A stretch of 64,000 bases of DNA from Amoebidium appalachense. Taxonomy: Eukaryota > Protista > Ichthyosporea. Shown here piece after piece: positions 1-37,418 of this stretch. Position 1 is the first letter of the stretch, and the number at the start of each line of letters is the position of its first letter. The notes under the pieces were generated by a model. That model saw only the letters and a program-made list of their open reading frames with translations. It did no database searches and was not told the DNA's origin. Made by a program: the position numbers and the translations under genes. The stretch lies in the NCBI GenBank assembly GCA_963693365.1, contig CAVNZM010000002.1:11898328-11962327 (forward strand), written 5' to 3'.

Positions 1-1442
1 AAAAAAAATCACACCCTGAGCAGCTGGGGGTCGGCGATCCGTGCGGTAAGGTACATTCTAGGCGTCGGATCTCGAAAATCTCCTGGAGGTCTCTAGGAAA
101 TCTACCACCTACTGAGGCGGTGTCTCCTTTTTTTTTTTTTTTTTTTTTTTTTACTTAAAAGGGACGCCTGAGTAGATGTTAAAACGTCGCACGTGCGGCA
201 ACACGTCAGTACGTGTTAGCTAGGAAATGATTCCATGCCCGCTGAGGTGGGCCATACGTCATTGCTAATGTAGGTTATGCCAAATAAATTATTGCCAGTG
301 AGTGTGTGAATGCCCTGGAATTGAGCTATTCTCGATCATTTCTGCCATTTTGTCACCAAGTGCCAGGGAGAACACACAGTTCGTGCTCCCTGCCCATGCA
401 TGCGCAAGCGCGCGCACAGCTCGATCGATCCGATTCGATCGATCGCACGGCTTCCAAGTTCCACAGGAAGTGACACAGACACACTGTGACGCCGACCAAT
501 CGCTGTGCAAAAGCTGGCTCACGCGTAGAAATCCGCGCCAATAGGAACACAACGTGGTACGAGCGGCGCAGAGGCGCTGCGCCCGCCCCGAAGGCCTATT
601 GTAGGCCGCAGCAGGCTCGCAACTTGCCAGCTCATGACGTGAACAATGCGATGCGCTGGCGCCATACATATGACATCCATGAGATCCGCCCCCATGTGCA
701 AGGCGTTTGTCATTACATGTAGGATGAAATAATAATACGTGTAGGCCAATATATTATTATAATCAGAGTGTTTGCAGGCCATTGATATATGACATTGTAT
801 CCTGCGCGGCTTACATAATGCATGTTTTTAGCGCCAAGACTGAGTCCATGCCTACCCTATGCCAATTTGGTGCATGGCCAGAGGCTGGGCACGTGCCACG
901 TCACCCGTGATGATGTCGATGAGACTCCTACAGTGCAGAACTGCAGGTGCGTGTAGTGTACTTCACCCTATAGTTGGAACCTCGCCATTTTATTATCTAT
1001 TATTTATTATTTATTATTATTATTATTTTTTTTTTGGGGGGGGGGGGGGGGGGAGGGGGCGGGGAAAAAACTCAGGGGAGGGAGGGTGGGGGGGGGGGGA
1101 GGGGGGGGGGCGGGGAGGGGGGGAGGGGAGGGCTGAGCTTTAGAATTTAACACCGGCCAATCATTGGGCGGCAGTGTGCATACTAGTTCATTCGTAATGG
1201 CCATACTCGGCTACTCATACGAAGCCATCATGATATATCTCGATGATCATAATAATAATAATTATTATAAACACATGGACTTACTAGGAGTGTCATCCGT
1301 TTATATGTACCGCGAGGGCCTCGACTATGACATCACACGAAGACATGTTCTCGTTACCTTCTCCGCAATTGTCGGTTGTATTATAAATTTAAATCATTTA
1401 AATCGCCGACCTAAAATTTTCTAAATATGGCGCGATATCATG

Positions 1443-24384
<22,942 letters not shown>

Positions 24385-24514
24385 GGCGCAATCTGTGTGT
24401 GTGTGTTTGGGGGGGGGGGGGGGGAGAGGGAGGGGTTGAGCAGTGGGGGGGGGGGCTGGGGCGGGGGAGTTGTGTACGTGTGTGTCTGTGTGTGTGGGGG
24501 GGGGGGGGGGGGGG

Positions 24515-24599
<85 letters not shown>

Positions 24600-24760
24600 C
24601 GCGCGCATGCGTGTCTGTGTGTGTGTATGTGTGTGTGTGTGTGTGCGCGTGCGCACGCGCCCGTGCGTGTCTGTGCGTGTGCATGCGTGTGTGTGTGTGT
24701 GTGTGTTTGTGTGTGTGTCGTGCGTGTGTGTGTGTGGGGGGGGGTGTATATGTGCTTGGG

Positions 24761-24794
<34 letters not shown>

Positions 24795-26054
24795 GTGCGT
24801 GTATGTGTGGATGGGTTTGTGGGTGGGTGGAAGTGTATTTCTGTGTTGTGTCTGCGTGCCTTGATGTGTGTGGATCTGTCTTTCTTTTAGATGTGCATGT
24901 GTCAGTGTTGGGTCTGTTACCTCGAACGTGTCTGTGCGAATGGCTGTATTTTTCAGCCAGCACGTAAGTGTGCATGTATGCCTGTGTGCCTGCATCTTGT
25001 GTTTATGTGTGTGTGTGTGTGTGTGTGCTCAAGGTTTGCGCTTATATCTGCACACTCAATTAATAAAAAAATAAAAAATAAAAAAAAACCCACATGACCG
25101 AGTGACTTTAAGCACTCATGCTTAGTATCTCAGGTGTGTGTATATCATGTGAAGGTGTGAAGCTGGCACTTATATGGTGTGTGTGAATACGATGGGTAAG
25201 ACTTTTGGAATGGAACGGGGGGCTTTGAGGGGGGGGGGGGGGGGGAGGGGGGGGGAGGGGGGGAGGGGGAAGGAGGAGGGGCAGGGGGGAGAGGGGGGGG
25301 AGGGGAGGGTGAAATCACGTTTAAGTGTTGTACAGTTGTCAAGTGTAGAAAAAGTCCTGTACTCCCTCCAACAGATGCGTGCTTGCACGTGTGCACATAC
25401 ACACACACACACACGCTGCAGTGTACACGTACTTAATCTACGCTTCTCTCCTTCAGTAACTCCACTTTCCTCGACTAGCTTAATTTCTTGAGAACTGCGT
25501 GTAAAAATAAACCACCGAATGGTCAACTACCATTCTCTCCCTCTTCCACGCTGTCTCTCGCCCCCCCCATCTACTCTCCCTCCTCTCCCTCCCTCCCCCC
25601 CGAGTCCCTCCCCCTCCCCTTCCGCCTCCCCCCAACAACCTTCCTCCCCCCTCTCTCAAAACCCTCCCCCCCCCCCCCCCCCTCCCCCCCGGGCACCAAA
25701 ACACCACCCTTCCCCTCTTTACTCACCTTCCTTTCTCTAAAGCTGACGCTTCAACAAATGGTAATGCTCACCTCCTCTTGGCTCTATGCAGAGCTAAGAA
25801 CGATGTTGAAGCTCAACTTCGCAGTATTCCTCTTAACCTACTCAATTCTTTCAGCAGGAAAACAAAACATAGATATATGTCGAGGGGAAAAGAATAAAGA
25901 AACCCCTCGCATCCCTCTTGGCCGTACATATGCGGCCTCTACGTGTACAACTCCTTTCCATACGTAGGATACGTTTATGTTAACGTTAGGGGCCGAGTTT
26001 TTGGCCGTCCTGTCTCGCCGACTTTGATCAAGCAAAGACCAGCAAAGACCATAT

Positions 26055-26165
26055 TCAAAATTTTCCCGCCATTTTTTCCCAAGCTGCATCCTATTGGCTG
26101 AGTTGGGCCTGGTCAATGGTGCGCCCGGGCCTCCTAAATCATGGATGCTATTTAGGAGGCCTTTG
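26055..26165 (-). promoter_or_regulatory. Putative APC2 upstream region with E2F-like site, CCAAT box and hairpin
   Basis: TTTTCCCGCC at 26061-26070 fits the E2F consensus TTTSSCGC; ATTGG at ~26093; 12-bp inverted repeat at 26128-26161. Function is inferred. Confidence 0.35.
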
Positions 26166-26332
26166 TGCGCCCACAGCTGATGGTGGTAGGTATGGGTGAC
26201 ATGTGCACTAATCTAATATAAGTGTTATAATGTAGTATTTGGAGTACTATCGACGACTCATTTTGGTGCATATACGTTGCGAGGGTTAAGCGGGGTTCTT
26301 TCGAAAGTCTCAGAGCAGCTGTCGAACCCCCC

Positions 26333-26367
<35 letters not shown>

Positions 26368-27377
26368 TCGGTTCCCCTTCAAGGCCGCGCACGGTACAAA
26401 ACACACCAAGACACGCACACACACACACACACACGCACACACACGCACACACACACACACACACACACGCAAGCATACACACGCACACGCGCGAGCGAGC
26501 ACACGCAGACACACGTCCACTTGTTCACATGTCCGCGCACACGCACACATATGCATCATCAGAATTACACACACACGCAGGCACAGTGTCACGCGTGACG
26601 CACGTGCACTCGTACAAGTTGAACAAGTACAGGTACGATGGCTATGGCCCACGTACAGTGCAACGAGAGAAAGTCATGCATGCTGCAGCCAACAGTCATA
26701 ACATCAGCCGAGGGCTGCTGAGAAACAAGCAACAGACGTTTTGAAGACTGATACATCTGCATATTTTTTACTTTATAAACAACAATTTTTTTTGGGCGCG
26801 ACAAAACTTCCCGCCCAAATTTCTATATTTGGCCAACTTACTGAGTCGTGCGATCGCGCGCAAATTATAATAATAATTGGTCCATACATATTTTTTGAGA
26901 ATATATATTGTGAATAATCAAGCAGCGATCACGTTTAGCCAATCATAATCATATCACTAATCATAATCAGTACTTTACATCAAGCTACCTCTACAATACA
27001 CTACAATACACCAGAGTTCATCCATACACCCTGTATCACCTAATGGCCGCGTTTCTCTTAATTCTAATTTTTAAATTTAAACTAATTCTATATCTATCTG
27101 GTGGTCTGCATGCAATCATCAGGGGTGGCGCCAATGTGTATGAAGATTAGTATCGAGCCATTGTCCAATGTAATCAAAATGAAGTTTGACCTTAACTGTT
27201 GTCTAACTAATACACACTGCAATTTGAAGCACAATTGCAACAGGCAAAGAACCCTGTCTACAATCTCGTTGCCTGACCCCCTCCCCTTCCCCGCTTCCCC
27301 CCACCTTCCCCCCCCCCCCTTCCCCCCCCCCGGGCTCCCTCCCCCTAGGCCTTCCACCCACCCACCCACCAACCCCC

Positions 27378-27430
<53 letters not shown>

Positions 27431-27431
27431 C

Positions 27432-29790
27432 CTACCACACCGACGCAACCGACTCCTCCAATTTCTCTCTACTCTCGCGTGCCGTCCAAATCACCACCCG
27501 TCCATCTCCGCACGCCACCGCCACCGACCTGTCGTTCCCTCCCATCGCTACAGCCGACACACCTGCTAGAACATTTAACTTTGCACTCAATTTGGACGAG
27601 ATATCGTATATCTCGGCATTTCCCCCCGAAATTCTGCAGGCCCACCCATCACACACATGCGTCGGCACACATCCAGCACATGCGGGCACAGCGTACGACC
27701 CCAGTAGATGTCCGCTTGTCGCATTCCACATTTTCACTTGGTCGTTTTCTGCAATCGCAAACACTATCTCCTCCCCCATCATCCCTACACTGACTATCTT
27801 TGCCGTGTGTCCGCCCCACGTCTGCAGGCACACGCCCGTCCTCGCGTCCCACTTCATTACAACTTCACCCACCGCTCCCAAAACACAATCTCCGCAAAAA
27901 CTAAAAGATTGCAAATCGTTTACGTTCGTAATCTTCGCCAACTCCAAATTTCTGTTCACATCCCACGTTCGAAAAGTCATATCCGCCCCAAGGCTCGCCG
28001 CAAATTTTCCGCTATCCGAAATGGCAACAGCCCATATAGGCCCCTCGTGTCCATTGAAAATTCCTAAATGCGCCCCCGATTTCACGTCCCACGTCTGCAC
28101 GGTGCAATCAAGCGATCCGCTCACCAGAACCTGTCCATTTTTGGTTGCTGCCAGCGCTGTCACCGTATTTTCGTGTCCATCGAGTATATCTACGCATCGT
28201 CCAGTGTGTATATCCCATATTTTAATCGTCCTATCTGCACTCCCACTCATCACCAACGCATCCGTCACACAAACTGAAGTCGCACTGTCTGAATGGCCAT
28301 TTAGAATAGTCGTAGATGCACCGTGGATAGTCATATTTACGACGAGCGATTCCGAGGGGAAAGGCAAACAGAAATAGTCAAACTCAACCTGCAGTTTCTG
28401 CCTGAGCTCCCTCTCCTCCGGAACGACGAGCATACGGCATCCGTTTCGAAGAAATTCAAGAATATATCTGAAGAGGTCGGGGTCGCGGTCTATCATCACT
28501 CTCCCTTCAATATCCTTTCGGATTTTGTGCCTGCCGCTGAACCACGCCGTAAGCATGGAAGATGGGCTGCGGCACAGTGTTGTTCGGGAGGTGGTAAAAG
28601 GTGTGCCCCCCACATTCAAATGCACCACGTCGCTATTTTGGGCATTAATTTCAGTCGTCATGGCTGCCTCGCGCTCGAATGCCTCCCTGTTTAACAGTGC
28701 CCGTGTCAAAAGATGGGGAAAAAATGGAAAACCGGAGAGAGGGGGTGGAGGGGGAAGAAAAGGGGGGTTTGGGGGGGCCGGGGGGGGGGGGGGGGGGGGG
28801 GGGGCAAGGATGAAGCTGTCTATAAGCCCAGGCGTCGAATTTGGTATATGGATACATGAATTTCTTTTGCCTAATATTCAATAGCTGGTAGTGTTCTTTC
28901 CCTTTTACCTTTTGCTGTGCTGGTGCTTCGTATATTCACTCCTGTGGGGTGTGCTTGAGCTTGGCGTCATGTGCTTATAAAAGGAATAACAAGTGTTTGC
29001 ATTGGTGTGTTTGTGTTTGTATGTGTGTGTTTGCATGTGCAAGTAGAGCTGTGCCACTGGGTGCATGTATGCGCGTTCATGTGCGCGCGAGGTATTCACT
29101 TGTGTATCTACTGCACGTGTGTGCGTGTGCGCGTGGGCGTGGGTGCATTGTGTCGCGCATGCACGGATGCGTATGAGATATAAAGGTTTGGTTTCAGTTG
29201 GTTTGTATCTTCATAACTTTCCGAAAATGTTTAGTTAGCAACCGTGTCTTTGTCTGTACAATGGGTAGCCGGTATGCCTGTGTTTGCCGCTTCAGGTTGG
29301 TTACGTACAACACAATGACCAGAACATTCCATCCCCGTACCCACCCCTCCCCCCACTTCTCTCAACAAGGTATGAACCAAACTTCCTAGTATCCGGTCTC
29401 CTGTCATCTTAAACCACTCACTCACTCTTTGCATACCAAATAGGCCAGCCAAAGGCCCAACGCTGGCTAATCAAAGGCTTTGCTACCAACACAACGGCAT
29501 AGTCTTTAAATAAGTAACCCAACAATTAACTCATCTTCAAGAACAGCTAGCCAATCAACCACCTTTTACAAGCAAGACGTGAGGCATTGGGATAAAGGCG
29601 GTTTGGACCGATGAACTGGACTGCCTTACCTTTCTTTCCTTAGCCTATCAAAGCCACCCTGTAGCTTCTTGTACTCCATATCCAGCATCTCTTCTTTGAG
29701 CCTCAGTTCCGCTGCCTTCTGAACCAGATATGGGTAGACATCTTTAAGGGCCGCTTGGGCCACTCCGAGCTTCGTGAGCATTTCTTCCAT
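27432..29790 (-). CDS. Coiled-coil + KCTD-type BTB/POZ + WD40-repeat protein (putative CUL3 adaptor)
   Basis: Exon 1 29790-29630 encodes MEEMLTKLGVAQAALKDVY...FDRLRKE and ends AG|GTAAGG. It joins in phase to exon 2 at 28686-27432 (aaacag|G GAG), giving REAFEREAAMTTEINAQNSDVVHLNVGG...FTTSRTTL...IDRDPDLFRYILEFLR (T1/KCTD BTB). WD40 repeats follow (GHSDSATSV, SGSADRTIKIWD, GHENTVTAL, SGSLDCTVQTWD, GHEGPIWAV). About 470 aa. Confidence 0.93.
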
Positions 29791-29985
29791 TGTGGCCTAT
29801 TGTTAATGTATCATAATATAACATAACTTCATGACAGCTTGCCGCAGTTAGATGCGCGGTATTGTATTTAGCTTTACCCCCTATTCTATTTTCTCAGTCA
29901 TTAGTGTAGTGTCCCATATCCATGTGCTTCTACTAAGCTCCTTCGTTTTGAAAATCCCTTGCAATTCCAGTATCTTTTTGGACGT

Positions 29986-31486
29986 TTAGAAACTCTCATT
30001 ACTCTGCACAGAGTAGACGCGTGGTAACTCGAGCTCAGTTAGTAAGGAAGTGCTTAAATGGGCTTTGTCAGGCGGTGGAACATAATATGCAAGTTCTTCG
30101 TTTGTTCCGTCGTCAAAGTTTACCGTGACTGATGATCGCTCTTTGTTGGCCTAACCGTAGAAAGTGAGCCTCCTTTTACTACCTGAGCCAATCAGAGGCA
30201 GACATCGCACAATAAATAAGCGCCCACTAGAACAGGGGGGACGTAAAGTTCTGAACTTTGCATGTTTGCTTATAAGACCTGACAGCCTAGCAGTAATTTC
30301 TCATGATAAATTCAAATATATGTTGTTTGTTAAGTATATTTTGGTATAAAACATAAATTTATACTATAGTTATTCAAGTATCTGAGAAATCTTTGGTTAA
30401 TCAGCAATCTTGCTATTGATAGAAGCTGAATAGAGGCAATTTCCGAAATCGAGTGTCAATTCTTGTTTAGGGTGACAAATCTGCAAGTTGAGCATTGACA
30501 TACCTTGCCCAATTATTGGCGGGAAAACGAAATCAAATCAAATACGCGTTTGTCTAATAACGCCGCATACCATCATCCAATGATTACCATTGTAGTAGTG
30601 AGAACACAACATGTACCGAATGTCGTCAACTCTTGTGGTTTGCCACTCAGTGACAGCGTCCCGGTTTTTGGCAATGATTTTGTAGACAGAGGGAGAGGCA
30701 ACTTAGACCTCCGGAGCCTGGAGCCAGCGGCTTGTCAGCTATAACAGAAAGCGAGCTGTAGGCATCATCTGGCCGGAGCCGGCAGAGACTGTAGCATAGC
30801 ATGTGCTAATCGTCGCGAAACCAGGAACTAGCTGTTGTGCTCAGGATGTCTCCTGGCTAGCTTGGAAGAACGGAAAAGAACCAACTCGACATCTGTGTCA
30901 AGAAGACATATAGACGCCAGTGATTTAGCTATGCCAGAAAATAGAATGCTGTTGGTGATAGCCAGTTTACTGGTGTATTGTTCGAAACACTTGAGGGTGG
31001 CGTAATACACGTGCAGTGGTTGGGTGATTCAGGAAAGAGTAGAGAATGGAAGAATGCGCATGTCGTAATCCTTAGATCCTTCAAGAAGTGACGATTAAGA
31101 TTCATCCTGTGGTTGTGTATTAATAAAATGCACGGCCGTTATCAGTATGTATTGGACTTATGGCGTGTTCTTAGACCACATTCAGTACCATTGCTTGTTT
31201 ACATTCGCTGCATGACCATCGCGGCAATTGCGACAAATAAGCCGAAGGTACCTTATTAATAACACGTGTCACGGTAGCATCCTTTCAGTTCGCTTTCTCT
31301 GTGGAGAATATGTTGGTTGGAGCACTCATTATGGTCCTTCTCTATCACATTCCACAATGCCCATGCAGCACCTATGTAATTGTAATTAATGTGCGCATGG
31401 TATACATTTTTTGGCTCAAAACCAAATTGCAGTAGTCTGATCGTCTGTGAAGGCATTTGTGTTCGTGTTTGTGTGTGCGTGTGTAT

Positions 31487-31518
<32 letters not shown>

Positions 31519-31770
31519 GGGGGGGGGGGGGGGGGGGAGGGATGGAAGGGGGGCGGGAGGGGGGAGGGGGGTGGGGGGGGAGGAGGGGTGGGGGGGAGGG
31601 GAGACATGGTGTGTACAGCTGTTGCCGGTTGCTATTCGAAGGATGCGGAAACAAATGCTGGGCCTATCTGCGAGCATGATGTTAGGCCCTCCCTCTCTCC
31701 CCCCCCCCCCTTACCCCCCAACACCACCACCACCAGCACCACACACACACACACATAGCACGTACACGCA

Positions 31771-31821
<51 letters not shown>

Positions 31822-32785
31822 TCACCCCCCTCCCCTCCCCCCCCCCCCCCCCACACACACACACCCATCCCCCTTACCCTTCTCCGTGAATTTCGGTGCT
31901 TGTGTGTATGTACACAGCGTGTATGTGTATACGTATGCATGCGTGCGCACGTGCATGTATCATCAGTGTGTGTGTTTGTGTTATGGCTCAACTTCTTGCC
32001 TAATCCAACAAATGAAAATCAGAAGTGTGAACAAATATTTTGATAGTGATTCTGTGTTCAGGCACCAAGATTACGGTTGAACCGTTCCGCTGTTGCTCTC
32101 TTAAATAGTCTTAGAACGATAACTGTTTCATTTTTAGCAATCTAAATAAATTACCTAGCACTGTGATGCTCGGTCACGAAGTTGCGTATCGCTTCCGATA
32201 AATATGGAACCCAGTGCCTCGAGCAAGGGCTGAGCGCGCGTACGAGGAGTGGGTGCCCCACCGGGCACGAGGGGCCGGGGGGAGGGGGGGAAGGGGGGGG
32301 GGGAGGTTCCGCACGATGTGAGCTAAAGAAAACCAGATAATGAACAACTGATACTGAAACTGTATGATTAAGAGAAAAGGAAAACTGCTGTTAGCGTGTT
32401 TCAATTTCTTGTTTTTTGGTTTTTGGTTTTTGTAGGGTGGTTTTTTGTTTTTAGAAGCGCCACTAGTTTCCAGCATCGACAGCGTTTAACTTAGGTGGGT
32501 GTGCCCCCTCTAACTCCCCACCCACCCCACCCCCCCACATCCCCCTCCCCACCCCCTCCCCCGCACAAGTGGCGGAGACTTTCTATACCCATGGTACAAA
32601 CTGCGCAAGGTTTACAGCTGAGAGGGTGTTTCCACTTGTACCATTTACACCACATGGTAGTTCCAGATGGCCGTTCAATTTCGGCGTATCCTGACATGAA
32701 GTGAAGGCTCCACTTAAAGACGGCCGGGTAGGACGTTGGCATTTTTTTAGTTGTTGTCGTTGTCGTTGATGTTGTTATTGTTGGT

Positions 32786-32834
<49 letters not shown>

Positions 32835-33641
32835 CTTTTGAGCAATTTTCGCTGAGACTCTTGGATCATTCGCGGCTCTGCCAGTAGGACGACCGGCCAA
32901 AACGAGAGATGCGAAAATAACTATCCCCGGCATAAATGTAAACGATCACATAGCCCTGGGATATGTGGGATAGTGATATGTCTCTTCTTTTTACAACAGG
33001 TTTAGTGTTGCATCTCCAGGAGACCCGGGGGGAGGGGGAGGTGGGGGGGGGGGTTGGGGGGGGGGGGGGTGGGGGCGGGGGGGGGAGATTGGGTAAAAGG
33101 GAGGAGGGCATGGGGAGGAGGGAGGCTATCAATACATGCAATAGTTGTCCAGTCCATACTAATCAGTTCAAATTTGCAGGGGGGGGGGGGGGGGAGGGGG
33201 GGGGGGAAGCATAATATGAGGACGGGGGAGGTGCGAATGCGGAGGGTATGGGTCCACTCGGGAAAAAAAGTGTCCAAGCAAAATTTTATTTGGGGGTGTC
33301 GATGAGGGTTATTCGCGATTGGAGGAATTTGCATATGCTAGCGGGTGTGCAATGGAGGCGTCTTGAGGTGTAGGGGGGTTCTATTTGGGTGATCGGGCGG
33401 TAGAGAGAGAAGGGTGGGTCTTTGCTGTGTTTGGATGTTGTGTTTCACTTGTGATTCAGGCTGTTTGTGGGTTGTATGGCTGCATAGTGTATTCGAGAGT
33501 TCCGTAATGCAGAGATTAAATTAGTTGCTTTCAGCATCGGCTCCCCCCTCCCCTCCTCCAACCCCCCCCACCCCCACCACCCAAAGAAAAAAAAGAAAAA
33601 GAAAAAGAAACCACACACACACACGCACGCACACACATACA

Positions 33642-33679
<38 letters not shown>

Positions 33680-34108
33680 AGGGGCCGGCTCATTGATAAG
33701 ACCCCGTGGGGGGGGAGATGGGGGGGGGGGGGATCAAGAGAGGGCAGAAATGGGATTTTGTGGAGAAGGGGTGAGAGAAGTGGGACGTAATGGGAGGGTA
33801 AGCTCCTGCCGGCGTGGCTGGGGTAGTAACCCCGGGCAAAGTGTGTATTTATAGTTAGGTTGTGAAGGATGGTTTAGCTCAGCTGAACTCATAGATGGCA
33901 CCTTAACTAGTGTACTGTCGGTGCTGTGTGGTAGACGGTAGTTTCCCTAGAGGGCCTGCAAAGGCTCTCCGTTAACAAAACGTGATAAAATAAAAATAAA
34001 ATAATGGGAGGATAAATGGGGTAGCAGACAAGGGGGGGGTGGGGGGAGGGAGGAAGGGGGGTGGGGTGTTTTTTTTTTTTTTTTTTTTTTTGGGGGGGGG
34101 GGGGGGGG

Positions 34109-34148
<40 letters not shown>

Positions 34149-34676
34149 TGGTTGGACATAACCTGCGGAGGAGTTTATGTGCATTAGTGGGCGGGTGCTA
34201 GGGCATGTACGGGAAGCAGTACGGGAGGCAAGGATTGGAGGGCGGGGGAAGGATGGGGGGGTGGGGGGGAGAGAGAAAGAGAGAAGGGAGGGAGGGGGAG
34301 GGGGGGGGGGGAGGGGGGGGGGGGAGGGGGGAAGGAGTTTGCCTTGAAACCGGTCATCTGGAAGACCGTGTAATCTGGCCTGAGTCCCACTAAGTGTGAC
34401 CGTTGCAATGTACCAGATTGAAACCTTTTGACTGTTTGCATGGTCTATCCCCCTGAACTCAGATGTTTGAATGGCAAATGCATGTTCATTCCAAAATCGA
34501 ACGTCTTTTCCTGAATCTCTCTACTGTGACGTCACCAAGCCCCTCGTCATATACCGTATGTACATTGATATTGCAAGGATGGGTATACACATGGCATACT
34601 GCACATGCCATGATCATGGCATTCTCCAATAGTGATGTGTGAATTCCTGTCGGGGGGGGGGGGGGGGGGGGGGGGG

Positions 34677-34710
<34 letters not shown>

Positions 34711-35100
34711 TGGAGGGGTCCCTTTTGTATTGAAAAGGAGGGAAGGAAAGAAGAGGGAAAGGGGGGTGGGTGTGGGGGGGGGGAAGGGGGGCGGAGATAA
34801 TGGGAGGGAGAGAGGGGAGAGGGGGAGGGGAAGGGGGTGTGGGAGGGGGGACTCTTGAAAGCTTCATACAGCCAGTGACACCATGTTGTTTTAAACGTCA
34901 GATCAGAAAAATTGAACTACTCCTAAATTAAGCCACAGTGCAGTGTGACTCAGCTGGCAGATCTCTGGTTGAAAACGGGGGGGGGGGGAGGGGGGAGGGG
35001 GGGGGGGGGGGGGGGGGAGGGGGGGGGATTCGTAGGATACCATGAAACATCGTATGGATGGTGTGAGGGGAGGGCTGGGGGAAGAGGGGGGAATGGGGGT

Positions 35101-35166
<66 letters not shown>

Positions 35167-35251
35167 AAATAAGTTACAGTAGGCGGGGGAAAGGTGAAGG
35201 TGTGTGCATGTGTACGTGGTGTATGTGGGCGTTGTGTACGTAGCTGTACCT

Positions 35252-35307
<56 letters not shown>

Positions 35308-35330
35308 TTTGCGCACGCGTGTGTATGTGT

Positions 35331-35393
<63 letters not shown>

Positions 35394-35455
35394 TGTTGTG
35401 TGTGTGTGTGTGTGTTTGTATTGTGTGTGTATTTTGCGCACGCGTGTGTATGTGT

Positions 35456-35487
<32 letters not shown>

Positions 35488-35568
35488 TTGTCCCGTGTTC
35501 CATGTGTGGGAGTGTTTGTGTATTGGGAGGTATGTGGTGGTGTGGTGGGGACGGCAATGTTCCCCACC

Positions 35569-35602
<34 letters not shown>

Positions 35603-36109
35603 CGGAGGGGGGAGGGTTAAAGTTGCTCTTGGACGAAATGCATTGCATTAAATAGAGCACTCCAACCACGTCGGTGATAGGGGACGGAAGAAAAAAACTC
35701 AAAAAAACGGAAAAGAAAAAATCTGAAACCAAAACAATTGAAAAATGAAAGCCGAGGCTCAGTGTAGGTGCTATGTCAATTGAGGAGACGGGCTGACCCA
35801 GGGAAACCGTTTCTCGGGCAGAGAGGGGAGGGGGGGGGGGGGGGGGGGGGGGGAAGGGGGGGCTTCAGCTACATCAGATCTGGTACACTGGCAATTATAT
35901 GGGCTAAGCACAGAGATAAGAAAAAAACAATATAAAGCATGAAGCCAATGTCTGGGTGAAGGGCCGGGGGAGAGGAGGTGGGAGGGGGGAGAGGGGGGGG
36001 AGGGGGGGACACCAGAAGGACAGAAGGCGGACTGGCTGTGCCTGTGCTGCAAGTGGATGTTTTTGTACCTGTGTGTATGCATGTGTGTGTGTGGGGGGGG
36101 GGGGGGGGG

Positions 36110-36169
<60 letters not shown>

Positions 36170-36170
36170 C

Positions 36171-36251
<81 letters not shown>

Positions 36252-37381
36252 ACGGTGTGCGTGTGTGTGTGTGTGTGTGTACGTGTGTGCGTGTGTGCGT
36301 GTGTGCGTGTGTGTGCGTGTGTGTGCGTGCGTGCGTGTGTGTGTGTGTGGTCTATTGCGTGTGTGAGTCTATGAATGCAGGTTTATGTTTGGGGAGATAT
36401 GTGTGGTGGAAAGGTGGTGGAGATGGGGGTTTGGGGGGGGGGGGGGGGGGGGAAGGGGGGGGGGGGGGGGGGGGTAGAGGCCGGGGTTAAGTCACTGTTA
36501 GAGCAACATAGAATCGTTTTAGAGCACTTTCAATACTAAAAGAGCATAACGCTTGGAAAATAGAGAAGAGGCGGACGATGGGATCCTTGTGGATCGAAGG
36601 AAGGAGCCGACCAATTGAAATAGGACTCGGGAATAAACAGGTCGAGCTGGGACGTGAGGAGGGGGGGCAGGGGAGGGGGGGGGGGGGGGGAAGGGGGGGG
36701 AAGGGGGGAAGGGTGGGGGGGGGGAAGGGGGATACGGTATATTGCGCCATGAGCAGCCTGATTGAGATGGTTAGGTGGAATAGGAAAGGCAGGTTTGGCC
36801 AAAGGTGGTCCTTCCCCCCTCCCCTCCCCCCCCCCCCCACCCTTTCCCCCCTCTGTCTACCCCCCTCCTCCCCTGGCCCCCTCCTTCCTCTTCTCTAGCC
36901 CTCTCCATTTTTTGGTTGGGGGGAGGAGGGGGGAGGGGAAGGAGAGGGGCGGGAGAGGGGGGGGTGGGAGAGGGGAGGGGAGGAGGAAGGGGAGGGGGGG
37001 GGGGGGATGATGTGCGTCTATTAACGGTGCATGTGTAAAGACCAATTATCATTCTGTAATGTTAGGATCATTCGTTGTTTTCTTCCCCGATCCTTTTTTA
37101 CAGGTTGATTTGTAAGAGGGGGCTGGGTATGATCCGGGGGAAGGGGGGGAGGGGGGGGGGGTGGAGGGAGGAAGGGAGAAAAGACCTGGGGGAAAGGGGG
37201 AAGCGTGTGTGTGTGTTTGGGGGGAGGGGAGGGAGGGGGGTTGACATAGTAAGCTATATCACATATATTGTGTTGATACTTTGTGTTTGTGCTTTTCACG
37301 TCGGCCTGATTGGCTTTACTAGCATGGAGCAAGTGCAGTAAGAGCAATAAAAAACTTGGAGCTAGTTAAGGCCGTGAGCGG

Positions 37382-37418
<37 letters not shown>

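Noticed and set aside
1-350. Possible minus-strand gene start running off the left edge (MAEMIENSS..., ...PRMYLTARIADPQLLR|gt)
   Set aside because: The fragments could not be joined or recognised; too little sequence to support a call.
27592-28377. 261-aa plus-strand ORF
   Set aside because: Antisense to the WD40 region of a well-supported gene.
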